Positions 33,870-47,078 of a stretch of 64,000 nt of DNA are shown piece after piece. The DNA is taken from the NCBI RefSeq assembly GCF_024256425.1, contig NC_071110.1, positions 2,727,451 to 2,791,450 of the forward strand. Reading direction: 5' to 3'. The notes below the pieces were generated by a model. It was not told the origin of the DNA. It made no database searches and was given only the letters and a program-made list of their open reading frames with translations. Within the stretch, counting starts at the first letter, position 1. Every line of letters begins with the position of its first letter. Source of the stretch: Clarias gariepinus. Taxonomy: Eukaryota. Made by a program: the position numbers and the translations under genes.

Positions 33870-35420
33870 CCTGCAGGACTGCTTTGAGCATACAGATTGA
33901 GGTGTGGTGTGTCAACCACATGAGGAAGGCATCAACAAAATCACAGACTGTATTACTGACTATATCAACTTCCAACCAACAATGGTATGCTCTTATCCTA
34001 ACAACAAGCTTTGGATCACCAGCATCTTGAAAGAACTGTTAAACAAGAAAAAAAAAAAGCCTTTAGGTATGGTGACAAGGATGAACTTAAAAGGATACAG
34101 CGGGAACTGAGGGTGAAACTGAGGGAGCGCAAGGACTCCAATCGACAAAAGCTGGAGGGTAAACTTCAGCATAACAACATCAAAGATGTGTGGATGGGAA
34201 TAAAGCAAAACACTGGCTTCAACATTAGGGTTCTCCTCTCTCCACACATTGGAGCTCTTTCAGACTGACCATCGGATTCTTGGTTACCACCCTGACCTTT
34301 CTTCCTTTTTCACCGATCGCTTACCAGATGGCCCGCTCTAGGAAGAGCCCTGGTGGTTCCTAACTTCTTCCATCTAAGGATGATGGAGGCCACTGTGCTC
34401 ATCTGGACCTTCAATGCTGAAGAAATATTTCTATACTCTTCCCCAGATCTCTGCCTTTTTATAATCCTGTCTTTGAGGTCTACTGACAATTCCTAGGACT
34501 TCATGGCCTGGTTTATGCTCTGACAAGCACAACTTGTTAACTGTGGGACCTTTTATAAAATCAACTGAATTTACAAGTAGTGGACTCCAATCGAGTTGTA
34601 AAAACATCTTAAGGATGATCAGTGGAAACAGGATGTACCTGGGCTCACTTTTGAGTGTCATGGCAAAGGCTGTGATTTTTTAAAAATAAACTTGCAAAGA
34701 TTTTAAATGAACTTTTTTCACATTGTCATTACGGGGTATGGTTTGTTGAATTTAGAGGAAAAAGACTGAATTTAATCAATTTTGGAATAAGGCTGTAATA
34801 TAACAAAATGTGGAAAAAGTGAAGTGCTCTGAATACTTTCCAAAACAATTTTGGTGCTATGGAAAACATCCTATGTACCTATGAAGGCTATCCCTTCTGG
34901 CCTCAACAGCATCAAACCAGTTGCACTGTCGTCAAAAGTCATGAAGGTGCTGGAGTGACTAGCTTTGCCACACCTGGGGCCATTGGTTAAACCTTCTTTG
35001 GACACACTAAAATTTGCCTACCAGCCTTATGTTGAAGTAGATGATGCTGTCATCTACCTACTGCAGTGTGCTCACTCTTTTCTGGACAGATGTAATGGTA
35101 AAGTAATTATCATGTTTTTTTTTATTATTTCTCCAGCACCTATAATACAATACAACCATTTCTACTGAGTAAGAAACTGCTCAGAATAGGTGACAGCACA
35201 TCCATTGTGTCCTGGCTTGCTGAATATCTGTAAATTGGCCCCAATTTTCAAGATTGAGCAATTCCTGTCTGATGTGGAGCACCTAAAGGGAACCATCCTT
35301 TCTCCATTCCTGTTCACTCTGTACACCTCAGATCAGTCTGTTGTGGCAAGTGCCATTTATAGTCTGCTGGGGAGCAGCATCAGTGCCAAGGATGCAGGCG
35401 AGATAAATTAAATCATCCAC
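33870..35420 (+). mobile_element. Fish LINE (Rex/Babar-like) ORF2 fragments
   Basis: The fragments read PNNKLWITSILKELLNKKKKAFRYGDKDELKRIQRELR…, LKFAYQPYVEVDDAVIYLL and GTILSPFLFTLYTSD. These are RT motifs, broken by frameshifts. Confidence 0.55.
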
Positions 35421-35898
35421 AAGGCTTAACAAATAATTGGACACAAACTCGACAGGTTGAAGACAGTGAGGGACGACAGATCACTGAACAAACTCCTGAA
35501 AATCCATCCCACCCACTACATTAACCCATACAGAGGCAGCAGAGTTCATTCTCTAAAAGACTGATCCAGCTTCTCTATTACAAAGAATGATTCACCATTG
35601 CACTGTACAATGCCTCACATCTATGTAACAGATAACAAAATAAACTTCTATGCATATCCCATTATTCACTGTCACCTTGCGCGCACATACATACTCTGAC
35701 AATTTGCACATTTCATCTCTTTTTCTTATTTTGAATTGTTAGTTTGCACTTTTGTTTTTCTAAATAGCATCATGTGCAATACTGTATTAACTTATATGTT
35801 ACATTTACATTCTGCCTTCCTCCCACCCCTTTTTATTTTTCCTTTTTGTGTAACCTACTACTACTATAAAGCAATAATTTCTCATAGGATCAATAAAG

Positions 35899-35900
35899 TA

Positions 35901-35951
<51 letters not shown>

Positions 35952-35963
35952 TTATCTATCTAT
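35899..35963. repeat. (TATC)n microsatellite
   Basis: Directly visible. Confidence 0.95.
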
Positions 35964-35998
35964 AAGTAATTAAAATGCAGAAGACATTGCAGATAAAT

Positions 35999-36361
35999 AG
36001 TCACTCACTCATCACCTATACCACTTTATCCTGTATACACAGTTGCGGGGGGCCTGGAACCTATCCCAGAAGTCTTAGAGCACAAGGCAAGTTGCCAATT
36101 CATCACTGGGCACACACACTTACACACACAATTATTCACACACTATGGGCAATTTTCGATCAACGCCAATTAGTCTAATCTGCATGTCTTTGGATGGTGA
36201 GGGGAATCCCGGATTACCCGGTGAAAAGCCGCCAAGCACAGGGAGAACATGCAAACTCCATGCACACAGAGATGGGGATTGAATCTGGCTAGGAATTGAA
36301 CCCAGACACTGGAGGAACCCAAGACGACAGTGCTAACCAGTAAGCCGCTGTTCTGCCCAGA
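35999..36361 (-). mobile_element. DANA-family (or closely related) tRNA-derived SINE
   Basis: The reverse complement contains …GTTAGCACTGTCG…GGTTCAATTCC…TGTGTGCATGGAGTTTGCATGTTCTCCCTGTGCTTGG…CCAAAGACATGC…, which is the DANA hallmark core. Confidence 0.7.
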
Positions 36362-37326
36362 AGGTGAATAGGATAAACAAAATAACTAAAGCATATTACT
36401 GTTTATAACATTTTGTTTAAAAAGAAGAAAAATTCAATAAATTATAAAAGTGCCCTTTTCCCCACTTAATCCCCTTCCCCTTAAAATGTCTGTGCATGTA
36501 CCTGCTGTAGATCTATTCTTTCCCTCTTTCAAGGATCACAGATTCACCTTTTCAGGCTCCTTCATATTTTGTTGCACTTCCCTTTTTTCCTAACCAATGG
36601 CGGCCTAACCATTTTTCCCAGCTATTTCATCCCTGACCAAAGATCAAGAGTCATGTCGTTTGAAGTGACAGAAAATGTATTTGTTTATTGGTTTGGAACT
36701 CCCAGTGTAGTACAGTGCAGAAGCCAATCAGAACGAGTTCTTTCTTAGTTGTCCCCACTTTAGTGTTATGCAATCACATTCCATGTCAAGTAGGTGTGGT
36801 TCATAAACAAAGGAAAATCTTATGTAAATACTAGGGATGGGAGTTACCTGGGATCTGATACCATACAACTTTAAACAAACTTACCAGATAATTTACTCCT
36901 TCCACACAGGATGCTGCCACAGATGTGTACATAGTTTAGAGTGTAGGATTATAAAGAAACTGCAACCTTTTACCGCCTCAAATGCAAACATATTTTTACA
37001 AAAAAAATAATTTCAAGAAATCAATTTAAAGTCATTGTGGCAATATATGAATTGCCCTACAAAAGAATCATGACACATAAATGAATCAATTATTAATTTA
37101 ATGGTTATGATCCCAATGACACATTTATTCAACTTTCTTAACACTTTCAATGTTAATAAATTTAAAAATTCACTTCACAGTCTTTCCATGAAAAGTTAAA
37201 ATGTTATTTTCTGTCCTAAAACTAACTAAATTACTTTAATGAATTAATTAGTAAATAAGTTAAATACTCTAATGGGAGTATTATATATAAGTTTTCTGAT
37301 ACATTCCGAAAAATCCCAGTTCTAAC

Positions 37327-37902
37327 CTGTTTTTTAGTTCTTTCTGCTCTAGTTGAAATAATTTCATGGCCTCTGTGTTCATCCATCGTACACAAGTAAC
37401 AGATGAAGCTTTGGTCAGTACGACAGTAGATCTCGATCGCTTTGTCATGCTGAGAGCAGATCTCCTGGAGATCTGCACAGGCTTCCACTAACTTGTGCTT
37501 CTTAAAGGCAGGAGACTGATAGTGAGGTTGAAGATGATCTTCACAATAGGATGCCTGACACACCAGGCAGAAATTAACAGCTTTGCGTTTTCTTCTGTGC
37601 AGGAATCACACTCCACATCTCCAGGTCCAGCGTAACAGTGAGCAGGAGATGCAGCTTGGAGTTCAGCCTTATTTTGTTTCTCCACCATTTCAGCCAGCAT
37701 GTTGTTCCTTTGAAGAATAGGTCTTGGAATAAAAGTCTCTCTACACTGAGGACAGCTGTAGACAGCCTTCACATTCTTCTGATCCCAGAAGCCATTAATA
37801 CATGCTTTACAGTAATTGTGGCCATAGTGGAGAGTCACTGGATCCTCCAGAAGATCCAGACACACTGGACAGCTGAACTGATCCTAATCTACTGAGATAC
37901 TG
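37327..37902 (-). pseudogene. finTRIM-like gene B exon 1 (RING/B-box), disrupted
   Basis: It matches exon 1 of gene A but has an in-frame TAG after 9 codons (MTEASISVD*). Indels in the B-box split the coding sequence into two frames (ORFs 37488..37865 and 37231..37563), and the donor is weakened to CAG|GTTAGA. Confidence 0.7.
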
Positions 37903-38149
37903 GCTTCTGTCATTTCCTGCACTCACACACACTCACTCAGATTGCAAACTTAAACTAAGTTTTGTTTTCTTGGAAAAGAGCATCCGGGTTCTGTCTGTTT
38001 GTGTAGAGTGACAGAGACAGGTGTGGCTTCAAAAAGATGGAGCTATTCTGTAGTTAAACACTACGTGTCAAGAATTTATATAAATAATCTTCTCTATGAT
38101 TTATGATAATATTTTAATGAGTTAAATTAGGAACTGTTTAAATACATTT

Positions 38150-38525
38150 GGTTACTCATTCACTTATCTTCTATACCGCTCTATCCTGTATTCAGGGTAG
38201 CGGGGGGCCTAGAGCTCTAAACCAGGACACTTAGGGCACAAGGCGGAGTACACCTGGACAGGGTGTAACTTTTGACCGATACTTTTGGGCATTCTCAAAA
38301 ATCATTTAAAAATGTATCAAACATACAGTAATTATGTTGTTAGTTTCCCAGATGTTGGATAAATCATTCATATCCATACTTATTTTTTTTCTCCTTCGCC
38401 TTGGAATCAGCTCTCTCTAGGCCCTCGGCGGCAGGAGGCTACAGCATCACCCAGGAATTGAACCAGCAATTTCCAAATGACAAGGCAAGCACATTGCCAC
38501 TGCAACCCATGGGGGCGCAGAGTTC
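38150..38525 (-). mobile_element. SINE (tRNA-related head at 38395..38525 and tail at 38150..38270), split by about 125 bp of other sequence
   Basis: The tail matches the 3' part of the copy at 35999..36100. The head contains a tRNA-like box-B element, ggttcaattcctggg. Confidence 0.45.
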
Positions 38526-39253
38526 AATATCTTAACAACACATAAACAACATAACATTTACTAGATTAAAGCTTTATCCATTTGGAAGTTTACTTCTGAA
38601 TCAAACGACGGCAAGTTTTCTATTGGTCAATTCAGTCAGACATGTCAGTGGAGATTGTGTGTTGTGCGCCTTAAAGTGCATTATCAGTGTTGTCATCTTT
38701 CCTCTGCACATGTTCAAACCACATAATCTGGCCTCTCTAACTTTGTTCCAAGTACCCATACTGTCCCTCTAATATACTAATGTAGTTTATTGAGTCTTAG
38801 AATATACATTACTCACAAAAATATACATTACCCACAATGCAGTTTGTTTACCACCTGATACCAGTGCAGTGGTCATTTAACATTGTGCCATCCCTGCCTA
38901 AAGAGAGTGATGCAGCAGCACTTTAGTTCTTTATTTTGTGCCGGTTTCTCATCTCCCTATCTGCACCCTCTGCTTTAACAGACCAACTTCCATGTGTTAT
39001 GCTGCAACCTCTGAAAAATTCTAATAAAAAATTCAAATTCAAATTTTATTTGTCGCATACATAGTCATACACAGTACAATATACAGTGAAATGCTTATAT
39101 GCCTGCCCGAGACCTTAAAAAAAGATTATCAATAAGAAATTAATATGGAATAAAATGTATACAAATTTTAGCTATAGAAAATACAACTATAGAGGATAAG
39201 AACAAAATATAATGTAGGGATGAGCAGGGCCCCCAAAGAGAGAAATCAATCGA

Positions 39254-40088
39254 TCACATTCCAGAACTCCTCTGCCAGCCTGCATGTCGCCAACCCAATA
39301 CCCTATATCCTTGTCCGCCACATGTCTCAGCCTCCCCCACTCTCAGCACTGGAGCCCCCCAGGGTGCGTGGCCACTACCAACTCCACCGCCGTCATCAAG
39401 TCTGTCGCGGTCGGCCTGATCACGAACAACCTCAGCAAATATGCATGAATGTGTAGATGCAATGTCTATAAAGGTGTGTGCAAATGTGCATAAATGTACA
39501 GCTGTGCAATGTCCATAAGCATCCATAATGTCCATAAATGTCCAAGGTGTGTGCAAATGTCCATAAATGTGCAATGTGCAAAAATGGTTTAGTCCTGTGT
39601 GGTGTTTTGTTCTATGTGGTTTCTGATTGAGAGATCGTATCGCCTGTGGGAAGAAGCTCCTCCTCAGTCTCTCTATGTTGACCTTCAGGGAGCAGAATCG
39701 CTTTCCTGACTGCAACAGAGAAAACACCCCATAATTAGGGTGGCTGAGGTAATTCACTATCTTCCTGACCTTGGTCCAGCACCCCTTGCTGTAGATTGAG
39801 TGCAAGTCAGGGAGCTCGGTTGATGTGCTCAGCTGATCGCACCACTTGTCTGTCCTGCATGGTGCTGTTTCCGAACCAGGTTGTGATGTTTTCCGTCAGG
39901 ATGCTCTCTATGGTGCAGGAGTTCCTGAGCACCCTGGAGGGCAGTCTAAAGTCTCTCAAGCATCTGAGGTAGTAGAGACACTGACGGGCATTTTTCACCA
40001 CGATGTTGATGTGAAAGGACCATGACAGGTCCTGCGTGATGTGAACACCAATGTATCGGAAGCTGTCCACTCTTTTCACTGGGATCAC
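39254..40088 (-). mobile_element. LINE reverse-transcriptase C-terminal fragment
   Basis: The peptide …FRYIGVHITQDLSWSFHINIVVKNARQCLYYLRCLRDFRLPSRVLRNSCTIESILTENITTWFGNST… is a conserved fish LINE RT C-terminus. Confidence 0.6.
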
Positions 40089-43000
40089 AATTGTGATGAA
40101 TTTGCTGGTTTTAAGTTACTCAAAATTAACTTAAAAAACAAAGAAAAACAGGCCGGAGCAGTCGTGATGGCAGCCGAACTTACTGGCGCCATCTTGTAAA
40201 CAAAGGGAGTAGAACTTTTAGAGAGCACTGTATGTTAACCAGACTTTTGCATTTTCACTACCAGTAGCACAGGATAACACAGCTTGTTTGAGTTTATTTT
40301 TTCACATCAAACATTGTTCGCCGACTTCTGGTGGCACAATAGAGATGGCACACGCCTAAAAGTAAAGCTCCGTCTTATTTTTGCAATAAATCTCGACTCA
40401 TACAACTAGTTTGAATATAGAGTTTTTAGAATGAGTATGTCAACGAGATATAAGAATACATCTAAAAATGAAAAAACCCGAGAGCGGGTATCTTTCTGCT
40501 AACTTTCTGAAGTGATGGACTAACTGAAATCGTTAAAAAGAGAGAATCAAGATGGGCATAAACAAACGAAAACATCATTGACAAAATTAAAGACTTCAGT
40601 TGAGGATCTGAAATGCAAAATAAACGGTTTGGAGAGCAGAATTGGAGAGACCGAAGAGCGTATCGGTGTAGCTGAGGAGGCTGGGGCGAGGCACGAAAGG
40701 GCGCTCCAATTTCACCTGGAACGAGAGGTGGATCTCAAAGACTTACAAAACAGACTTCACTGAAATAACTTGAGAATATACTGTACCAAGTTCTTGAAGG
40801 CTGCGAAGGAGAAAACGCAATGGAATTTGTAATACATTTACTTACAACAGCTTTACATTTGCCTCAAGAAATGGAGGTTAAGATTGAAAGAGCACACAGG
40901 GCCCTTGCAGCGAAACCCAAAGATCCTGCCGCACCTCCTCGTTTAATAATAGTGCGGTTAAAGATGCCTGGTCACAGAAAGAGGTACAGTACAGTACTAT
41001 ACAATGCGAAGCGGATTTACTTTGACAACGATTATTTGCCAGAGTTACAGAGGAAAAGAGCATAGGCGCGAGACGTGATGAAACAGCTCAAGATGAAGAA
41101 TGTGCAGGCACAGTGTGTCTATCCAGAGCAGATCAGGATCCATCTGGAGGCGGGAGTGAAAACCTTCCCTACATTGATGGATGTTGCTCAACCACTATGG
41201 GAGCTGGGAATTAAAGTTTGAGTGAATGAACAAGACAGAAAAGCGAAAAATATACTGAAGGCAACAAGATGGTCAGTGCATTACTGACGGATGAGGGTCT
41301 CAAAGCTTTTCTGCAGAAGGACTGAACTCTTTAAAATATGTAGACAGTTCATGTATGTGCAGTATTAAAAGGACATTTCAGCTTCAGAACGTGATTAACC
41401 TTTGGTTAAAATGTAGAAGATTTTTTTTTGTGTGTGTGTGAGTGTGAAGATACATATGTTTATAAAGTTTTTTCTACCATTATTGTCGGGATAATAACTG
41501 ACCTAATTTAAAACAGATGTTTTTTTCTGACACATTGTGGAGTGGAAATCACTTTTGGAGGCAGTCGTGTTTTAAAACAGAATGGCTGCAAGCACTCAGT
41601 GCACTTTTGATACCCCAGAGAGTCAACGCCACAACTTTCTGCCCCTTTTACAACGGGATTTGGCCTATGGGAGAAAAACCAGGCTGAATGGATGTGTGAA
41701 AGCCATGTTCATGTACATAGTTCCTGTTTTCGTTTTTGTCCAAGCTAACTACAGCCCTTTGACAACCAAAGTATTATTATTCTTTTTTTTTCTTTTCTTT
41801 TTTTTCGTATTACTGGAACATATCGGATACAAGCACATATAATAGTATAACAAGTTGAATGGAGGATGTAATTTGTGTTAGGTATAATGTGAAAGGACTG
41901 AGCACAAGGTCAGTAGTAGAAGTCACAAGGGGTAGATGGACTACCTGGGGGAATTTTATAAGGCATTTGTAAATAAATTGGTTTCAAATTTATGCAAGGT
42001 ATGCAAGGTATATAATTATGTATTACATGATGAAGATTCACCACATTTATGGTCTAATGCGATCATTACTGTAATTCCTAAAAGCGGAAAGGATCCTACA
42101 CCACGTATGGCTTACAGACCAATAAGCTTATTATGTCAAGATATGAAGATTTTAACTTCAATATTAGCAATCAGAAATCTAACTTTAAAATACATGGGAT
42201 TTTATGACACTTTTGGTAAATGGGTAATGTTTTTTTATAAGAATCCTAAATCAAACGTTCCAGTCAATGGTTATTGTTTAGAATTTTTTAATTTAGGTAG
42301 GGGAACTCATCAGGGAGACGCAATGTCCCCGTTATTATTCGCACTTAGTATTGAACCACTAGCAGAATTAATAAGAAGTAATAGTAGAATACAGGGGATA
42401 AAAGATAAAGGAAAAAAATGTCACAAGATTGTTATATGCAGATAACATGCTTTTATTTATTTGAAACCCTCTTACTTTTATACCAGCCCTATTAGAATGC
42501 CTTGAAGATTATGGATCTGTCTCTGGATACAAAGTAAATGTAGATAAGTCTGAAGCAATAATGATATCAGGATACTGGCCATCGCATTTAGACAATGAGG
42601 TATCTTTTCTAGTCAGGGTTTTAGATACCTGTGGGTCATCCTTACGTTTATGTCATGTTTATACGCAGCAAATTGCACACGGCTTTTTGAAACTATAAAA
42701 AAAGATTTAGTTAGATGGGAAGTATTACCGCTATCTATGTTTGGAAGAGTGGAAACAGTGAAAATATACATCTTGCCAAGACTCCTCTTTCTATTTCAAT
42801 CCCATTCTCTTTGGGTCAGCATTTAATAAATTAGAAAAATTGATTTCAAAATTTGTTTGGCAAAATAAAAGACCAAGAATAAGACTTAAAATACTAATGT
42901 CAAATAAAGATAAGGGGGGGGGGGGGGGGGGGTTGAACCTTTCTAATCTTAGACACTATTATTGGGCTGCTCAGCTGAGGGCTATCACTGTCACGAACTA

Positions 43001-43318
43001 ACCGGAATGATCGGAAGACTTAGCACTTAGCAGTTAGCCCGTTGTAGCGTGGATGGTAAACCCAAACGCGGAGGTAAGCGAGTGGGCAGGATAACCACGC
43101 GATTTGGTCTAAGGACTCTCACACAAGGGGAGCAAGGGAAAAACACAAATTTAACCCGCGTCCTATAAACACACACTCGAATCGGAAAGCAGACCCAAGA
43201 AAGTGAGTACTCACGATTTGACGAACGGACAGCCTGGAACAACATGGGCGAAACTCAATGACTGAGCGGTGTGATGCGACATCTTGTCTCCTTTTATGCT
43301 TCCTGTGTTGCGACCGTA

Positions 43319-46300
43319 CTACTTCCGGGTCCTAATGCCGGTCGCGGAGCGAGTGTGTATGACAGTACCCCCCTGTCCAGGGCCGGCTCCTGACGGCCCT
43401 GGGGTGGAGGATACCCGACGACGGTAGTCCCTGATGAGTTCGGGGTCGAGAATAAACCGGGCCGGAATCCAAGATCGTTCCTCAGGGCCGTAACCTTCCC
43501 AGTCGACTAAGTATTGGATGCCTCTGCCCCGAGGACGCGAGTCCAGGATTCGGCGTACGGTGTAAGCAGGGCCACCGTCAATGATCCGGGGAGGTGGAGC
43601 AGGGTGGGCGGGTGGAACCATGGGTGATGTGGTGAAGGGTTTCAGTTGTGATGTGTGAAATACTGGGTGGATTCGGAGCGCCGCAGGCAGCTGGAGCCGG
43701 TAGGTGACAGGGTTGATTCGGAGGTTGATGCGGTATGGACCAATAAACCTAGGTGATAATTTCTTTGTCTCGGTATGGAGATGGAGATTTTTGGTGGAGA
43801 GCCATACCTTGTCACCTACATTGTACAATCGTCCCGGGGGGTGTCGACGGCGATGTTGAGCGGTGTATCGGATGTTAGCTTGACGTATAGCTTGATTGGC
43901 TTGAGTCCAGAGCCGCCGACACCTGCGGACCAACTGTTGGGCTGACGGTACATCAACCTCCGGTTCTTGGTGTTCGAACATCGGAGGCTGGAACCCGTGA
44001 CATACCTCGAACGGACTGAGATTGGTGGCGGAGTTGATGTGGAGGTTGTGCGATAACTCAGCCCATAAGAGGTAGCGAGCCCAGGAGCGCTGGCGATCGG
44101 CGACGAAGCATCTCAGATAGCGCTCCAGTTGTTGGTTGGCCCGCTCCGTCTGACCATTAGTCTGGGGATGGTACCCAGAAGATAAACTACAGGTGGTCTG
44201 GATCAGAGGGCAGAAGGCCCTCCAGAATCTGGCAGTGAATTGGGGCCCTCTGTCCGAGACGATGTCCTTGGGGAACCCATGCAGACGGACTACGTGCTCT
44301 AGTATCAGCTCCGCAGTGTTTTTGGCTGACGGGAGTCCGGTGAGGGCCACCAGGTGCACAGCTTTGGAGAAACGGTCGATGATGGTCAGGATGGTGTCTT
44401 TTCCTTCTGAGTTCGGCAGGCCCGTGATGAAATCAACGGCAATGTGCGACCAGGGCCGGCGAGGAACGGGGAGAGGCTGGAGTTCCCCCGGAGTCGGCTG
44501 GTTGGTCTCCTTTGCCCTGGCGCACACTGGGCACGCCTGGACGAACTCCTCGACGTCCCGGGTCATAGAGGGCCACCAGAAAGCGCGCTGGATGAACTGG
44601 AGTGAGCGTCGGCTGCCTGGGTGTCCAGCGAGAGGTGAGGTGTGGCCCCACTGCATGACTTCGCTCTTCATGGACGATGGCACGTAGAGACGTCCAGGCG
44701 GCACGCCTGCCGGTTCGTTCTCCGTGGCCTGCGCCTGGCGGACCCTCGTTTCCAAGTCCCAACGGAGGGGTGCGATGATCCTTGATGGAGGGAGGACAGG
44801 CGCGGGTTCCGCCCGGGTGACGTTTTCCTCATGCTGTCGGGAGAGGGCGTCTGCCTTGGTGTTTTTAGACCCCGGACGGTATGACAGATGGAAATTATAA
44901 TGTTCAAAAAATAACGCCCACCGCGCCTGCCTCGGATTAAGTTGTTTGAGGTTGCGTATGGAGATAAGGTTCTGGTGATCTGTCCAGATCATGAACGGCT
45001 CACTGGCGCCCTGGAGCCAGTGACGCCATTCCTCCAGAGCCCACTTTATGGCCAGCAGTTCGCGGTCCCCTACTCCGTATCGCTGCTGAGTGGGGTCAAA
45101 TTTTCTGGAGAAAAAACTACAGGGATGTAGTTTCTGATCTGGGCCTCGCTGGGAGAGAACAGCCCCAGCACCCACATCTGAGGCGTCCACCTCCACAACG
45201 AATGGTTTGTTTGCATCTGGATGGAGGAGAATGGGAGCGGTGGTGAAGAGGTGACAGAGTTTCTGGAAAGCGGATAGTGCGGTGGAGTTGAGGCTGAAAG
45301 GGCGAGATGATGGGCGGGTCATGGCGGTAAGGGGTGCGGCAACCGTACTGTAGTCCCGGATAAAGCGACGATAGAAGTTCGCAAACCCGAGAAACCGTTG
45401 AAGTTGCTTAAGGGTCTTGGGTAGGGGCCAATGACGCACAACTTCAAGTTTCTGCGGGTCCATGGCCACACCCTGGGGCGAGATGACAAAGCCCAGGAAC
45501 GTGGTGGAGCGCTCGTGAAAAGCGCACTTCTCCAACTTACAGTACAGTTGATGGGCGCGCAATCTCTTTAATACCGCCCTGACGTGCTGGATATGTTCTT
45601 CCACTGTACGTGAGTAGATGAGGATGTCGTCTAGGTATGCAAATGCCCACCGCCCGAGCATGTCCCTGAGAACATCGTTAATGAAATGTTGAAAAGCGGC
45701 GGGGGCGTTGCAGAGGCCGAAGGGGATAACCAGACTTTCGTAGTGTCCCGTGGGAGTGATGAATGCCGTCTTCCACTCATCGCCCTCCCTGATGCGCACC
45801 AAGTTGTAGGCGCTCCGAAGGTCCAACTTTGTAAAAATGGTGGCACCAGAGAGAGCGTCCAGGGCAGAGTCGGTAAGAGGCAGCGGATGTCGATTCTTAA
45901 TGGTGATGTTATTCAGCCCCCGATAGTCGACACATGGGCGAAGTTCACCTCCTTTCTTTTTCACAAAGAAGAACCCCGCGGCGGCGGGCGAGGCGGAGGG
46001 TCTGATGGTACCTTGACGAAGGGCGTTCGACACATATTCCTCCATCGCCTGCGTCTCGGTGGCGGAGAGGGAATAGAGATGGCCGCGGGGAGGTACGGAG
46101 CCTGGCTGAAGGTCAATCGCCAGATCGTAAGGGCGATGAGGCGGAAGGTGGGTGGCGCGTCTCTTGCAAAACACTTCCGCCAGGTCCCGGTAGGCGGGGG
46201 GAATGGCGTTGGTGTCGACGTCGGGGGCCTCGGACTCCCTAGAGCACGTCCCAGCCGGTGCTGGTATGCAAAGTTCGGAGCAGGTCGGCCCCCATTGGAG

Positions 46301-46708
46301 AATCCGATTCTGGGTCCAGGATATGAGAGGGTCATGCTGAAGCAGCCAGGGATGTCCGAGGATGATGGGTGGTGAGGAGATGGTGGTGAGATGGAACTGA
46401 ATCTGTTCTTGATGCGTACCAATGACCAGGGTGATGGGTTGAGTCTGGGTGGTGATGGGGCTGGATGTTAGGGGTCGACCGTCCACCGAGGTGATCCGAA
46501 CCGGCTGGGATAACGCCTCAAGTTTAATCCCCAATCTTTTGGCATAAGCAGAGTCAATGAAGTTACCTGCGGCACCGGAATCGATAAACGCGGTACTTCC
46601 GACTCGTTTGTGGCCAAACTGGAGATGTACTCGTACCGAGAGACGGGATGTGTTGGTGGTGATCGGGGAGAGTTGGAGATGACCCGGTGAGTTGCTCTCG
46701 TTCCTCAC
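43319..46708 (-). CDS. Gypsy pol polyprotein, 1129 aa, uninterrupted (PR, RT, RNase H, IN, chromodomain)
   Basis: The motifs are [21 protein letters not shown], the HHCC and DDE integrase motifs, and the C-terminal [18 protein letters not shown] chromodomain. Confidence 0.9.
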   Translation of the reverse strand: MRNESNSPGHLQLSPITTNTSRLSVRVHLQFGHKRVGSTAFIDSGAAGNFIDSAYAKRLGIKLEALSQPVRITSVDGRPLTSSPITTQTQPITLVIGTHQEQIQFHLTTISSPPIILGHPWLLQHDPLISWTQNRILQWGPTCSELCIPAPAGTCSRESEAPDVDTNAIPPAYRDLAEVFCKRRATHLPPHRPYDLAIDLQPGSVPPRGHLYSLSATETQAMEEYVSNALRQGTIRPSASPAAAGFFFVKKKGGELRPCVDYRGLNNITIKNRHPLPLTDSALDALSGATIFTKLDLRSAYNLVRIREGDEWKTAFITPTGHYESLVIPFGLCNAPAAFQHFINDVLRDMLGRWAFAYLDDILIYSRTVEEHIQHVRAVLKRLRAHQLYCKLEKCAFHERSTTFLGFVISPQGVAMDPQKLEVVRHWPLPKTLKQLQRFLGFANFYRRFIRDYSTVAAPLTAMTRPSSRPFSLNSTALSAFQKLCHLFTTAPILLHPDANKPFVVEVDASDVGAGAVLSQRGPDQKLHPCSFFSRKFDPTQQRYGVGDRELLAIKWALEEWRHWLQGASEPFMIWTDHQNLISIRNLKQLNPRQARWALFFEHYNFHLSYRPGSKNTKADALSRQHEENVTRAEPAPVLPPSRIIAPLRWDLETRVRQAQATENEPAGVPPGRLYVPSSMKSEVMQWGHTSPLAGHPGSRRSLQFIQRAFWWPSMTRDVEEFVQACPVCARAKETNQPTPGELQPLPVPRRPWSHIAVDFITGLPNSEGKDTILTIIDRFSKAVHLVALTGLPSAKNTAELILEHVVRLHGFPKDIVSDRGPQFTARFWRAFCPLIQTTCSLSSGYHPQTNGQTERANQQLERYLRCFVADRQRSWARYLLWAELSHNLHINSATNLSPFEVCHGFQPPMFEHQEPEVDVPSAQQLVRRCRRLWTQANQAIRQANIRYTAQHRRRHPPGRLYNVGDKVWLSTKNLHLHTETKKLSPRFIGPYRINLRINPVTYRLQLPAALRIHPVFHTSQLKPFTTSPMVPPAHPAPPPRIIDGGPAYTVRRILDSRPRGRGIQYLVDWEGYGPEERSWIPARFILDPELIRDYRRRVSSTPGPSGAGPGQGGTVIHTRSATGIRTRK

Positions 46709-47078
46709 CGGGTCTGAGCGTTTCCCGGGCGCAAAGGGCAGATGGCTCGATGATGCGCGGTGGACCCACAGTATGCACAGAGCCCCTCCCTAAATCGTCG
46801 TTCCCGTTCTGCAGCGGTCAAGGAGGCGCGTGGGGGGGAGGCGGCGCTGCGGCTGTCGCGACGGGAGGCCGGTTAGCCGCGCTATCAACCGCCTTGCGAA
46901 GTGCCGCGTTCTCCTGCCGAAGCTCCGCCACCTCGCGGCGCAAGGCCGCGACGTCTTGGACGCTCCGGCGAAGAGTAGCGAGCTCTCCGTTTAGCTGATT
47001 AATTAGCGCGGCGTGCTGATCTACCACGTCGCAGAGGCGCGCATACCCCGCTGGGTTTACCGCTGTGGGCTCAGTCAT
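46709..47078 (-). CDS. Short coiled-coil plus proline-rich gag of Gypsy element 2; no CCHC knuckle is evident
   Basis: [15 protein letters not shown]…[32 protein letters not shown]…PPPPHAPP starts immediately after the 5' LTR and continues into pol through a frame change near 46700. Confidence 0.6.
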
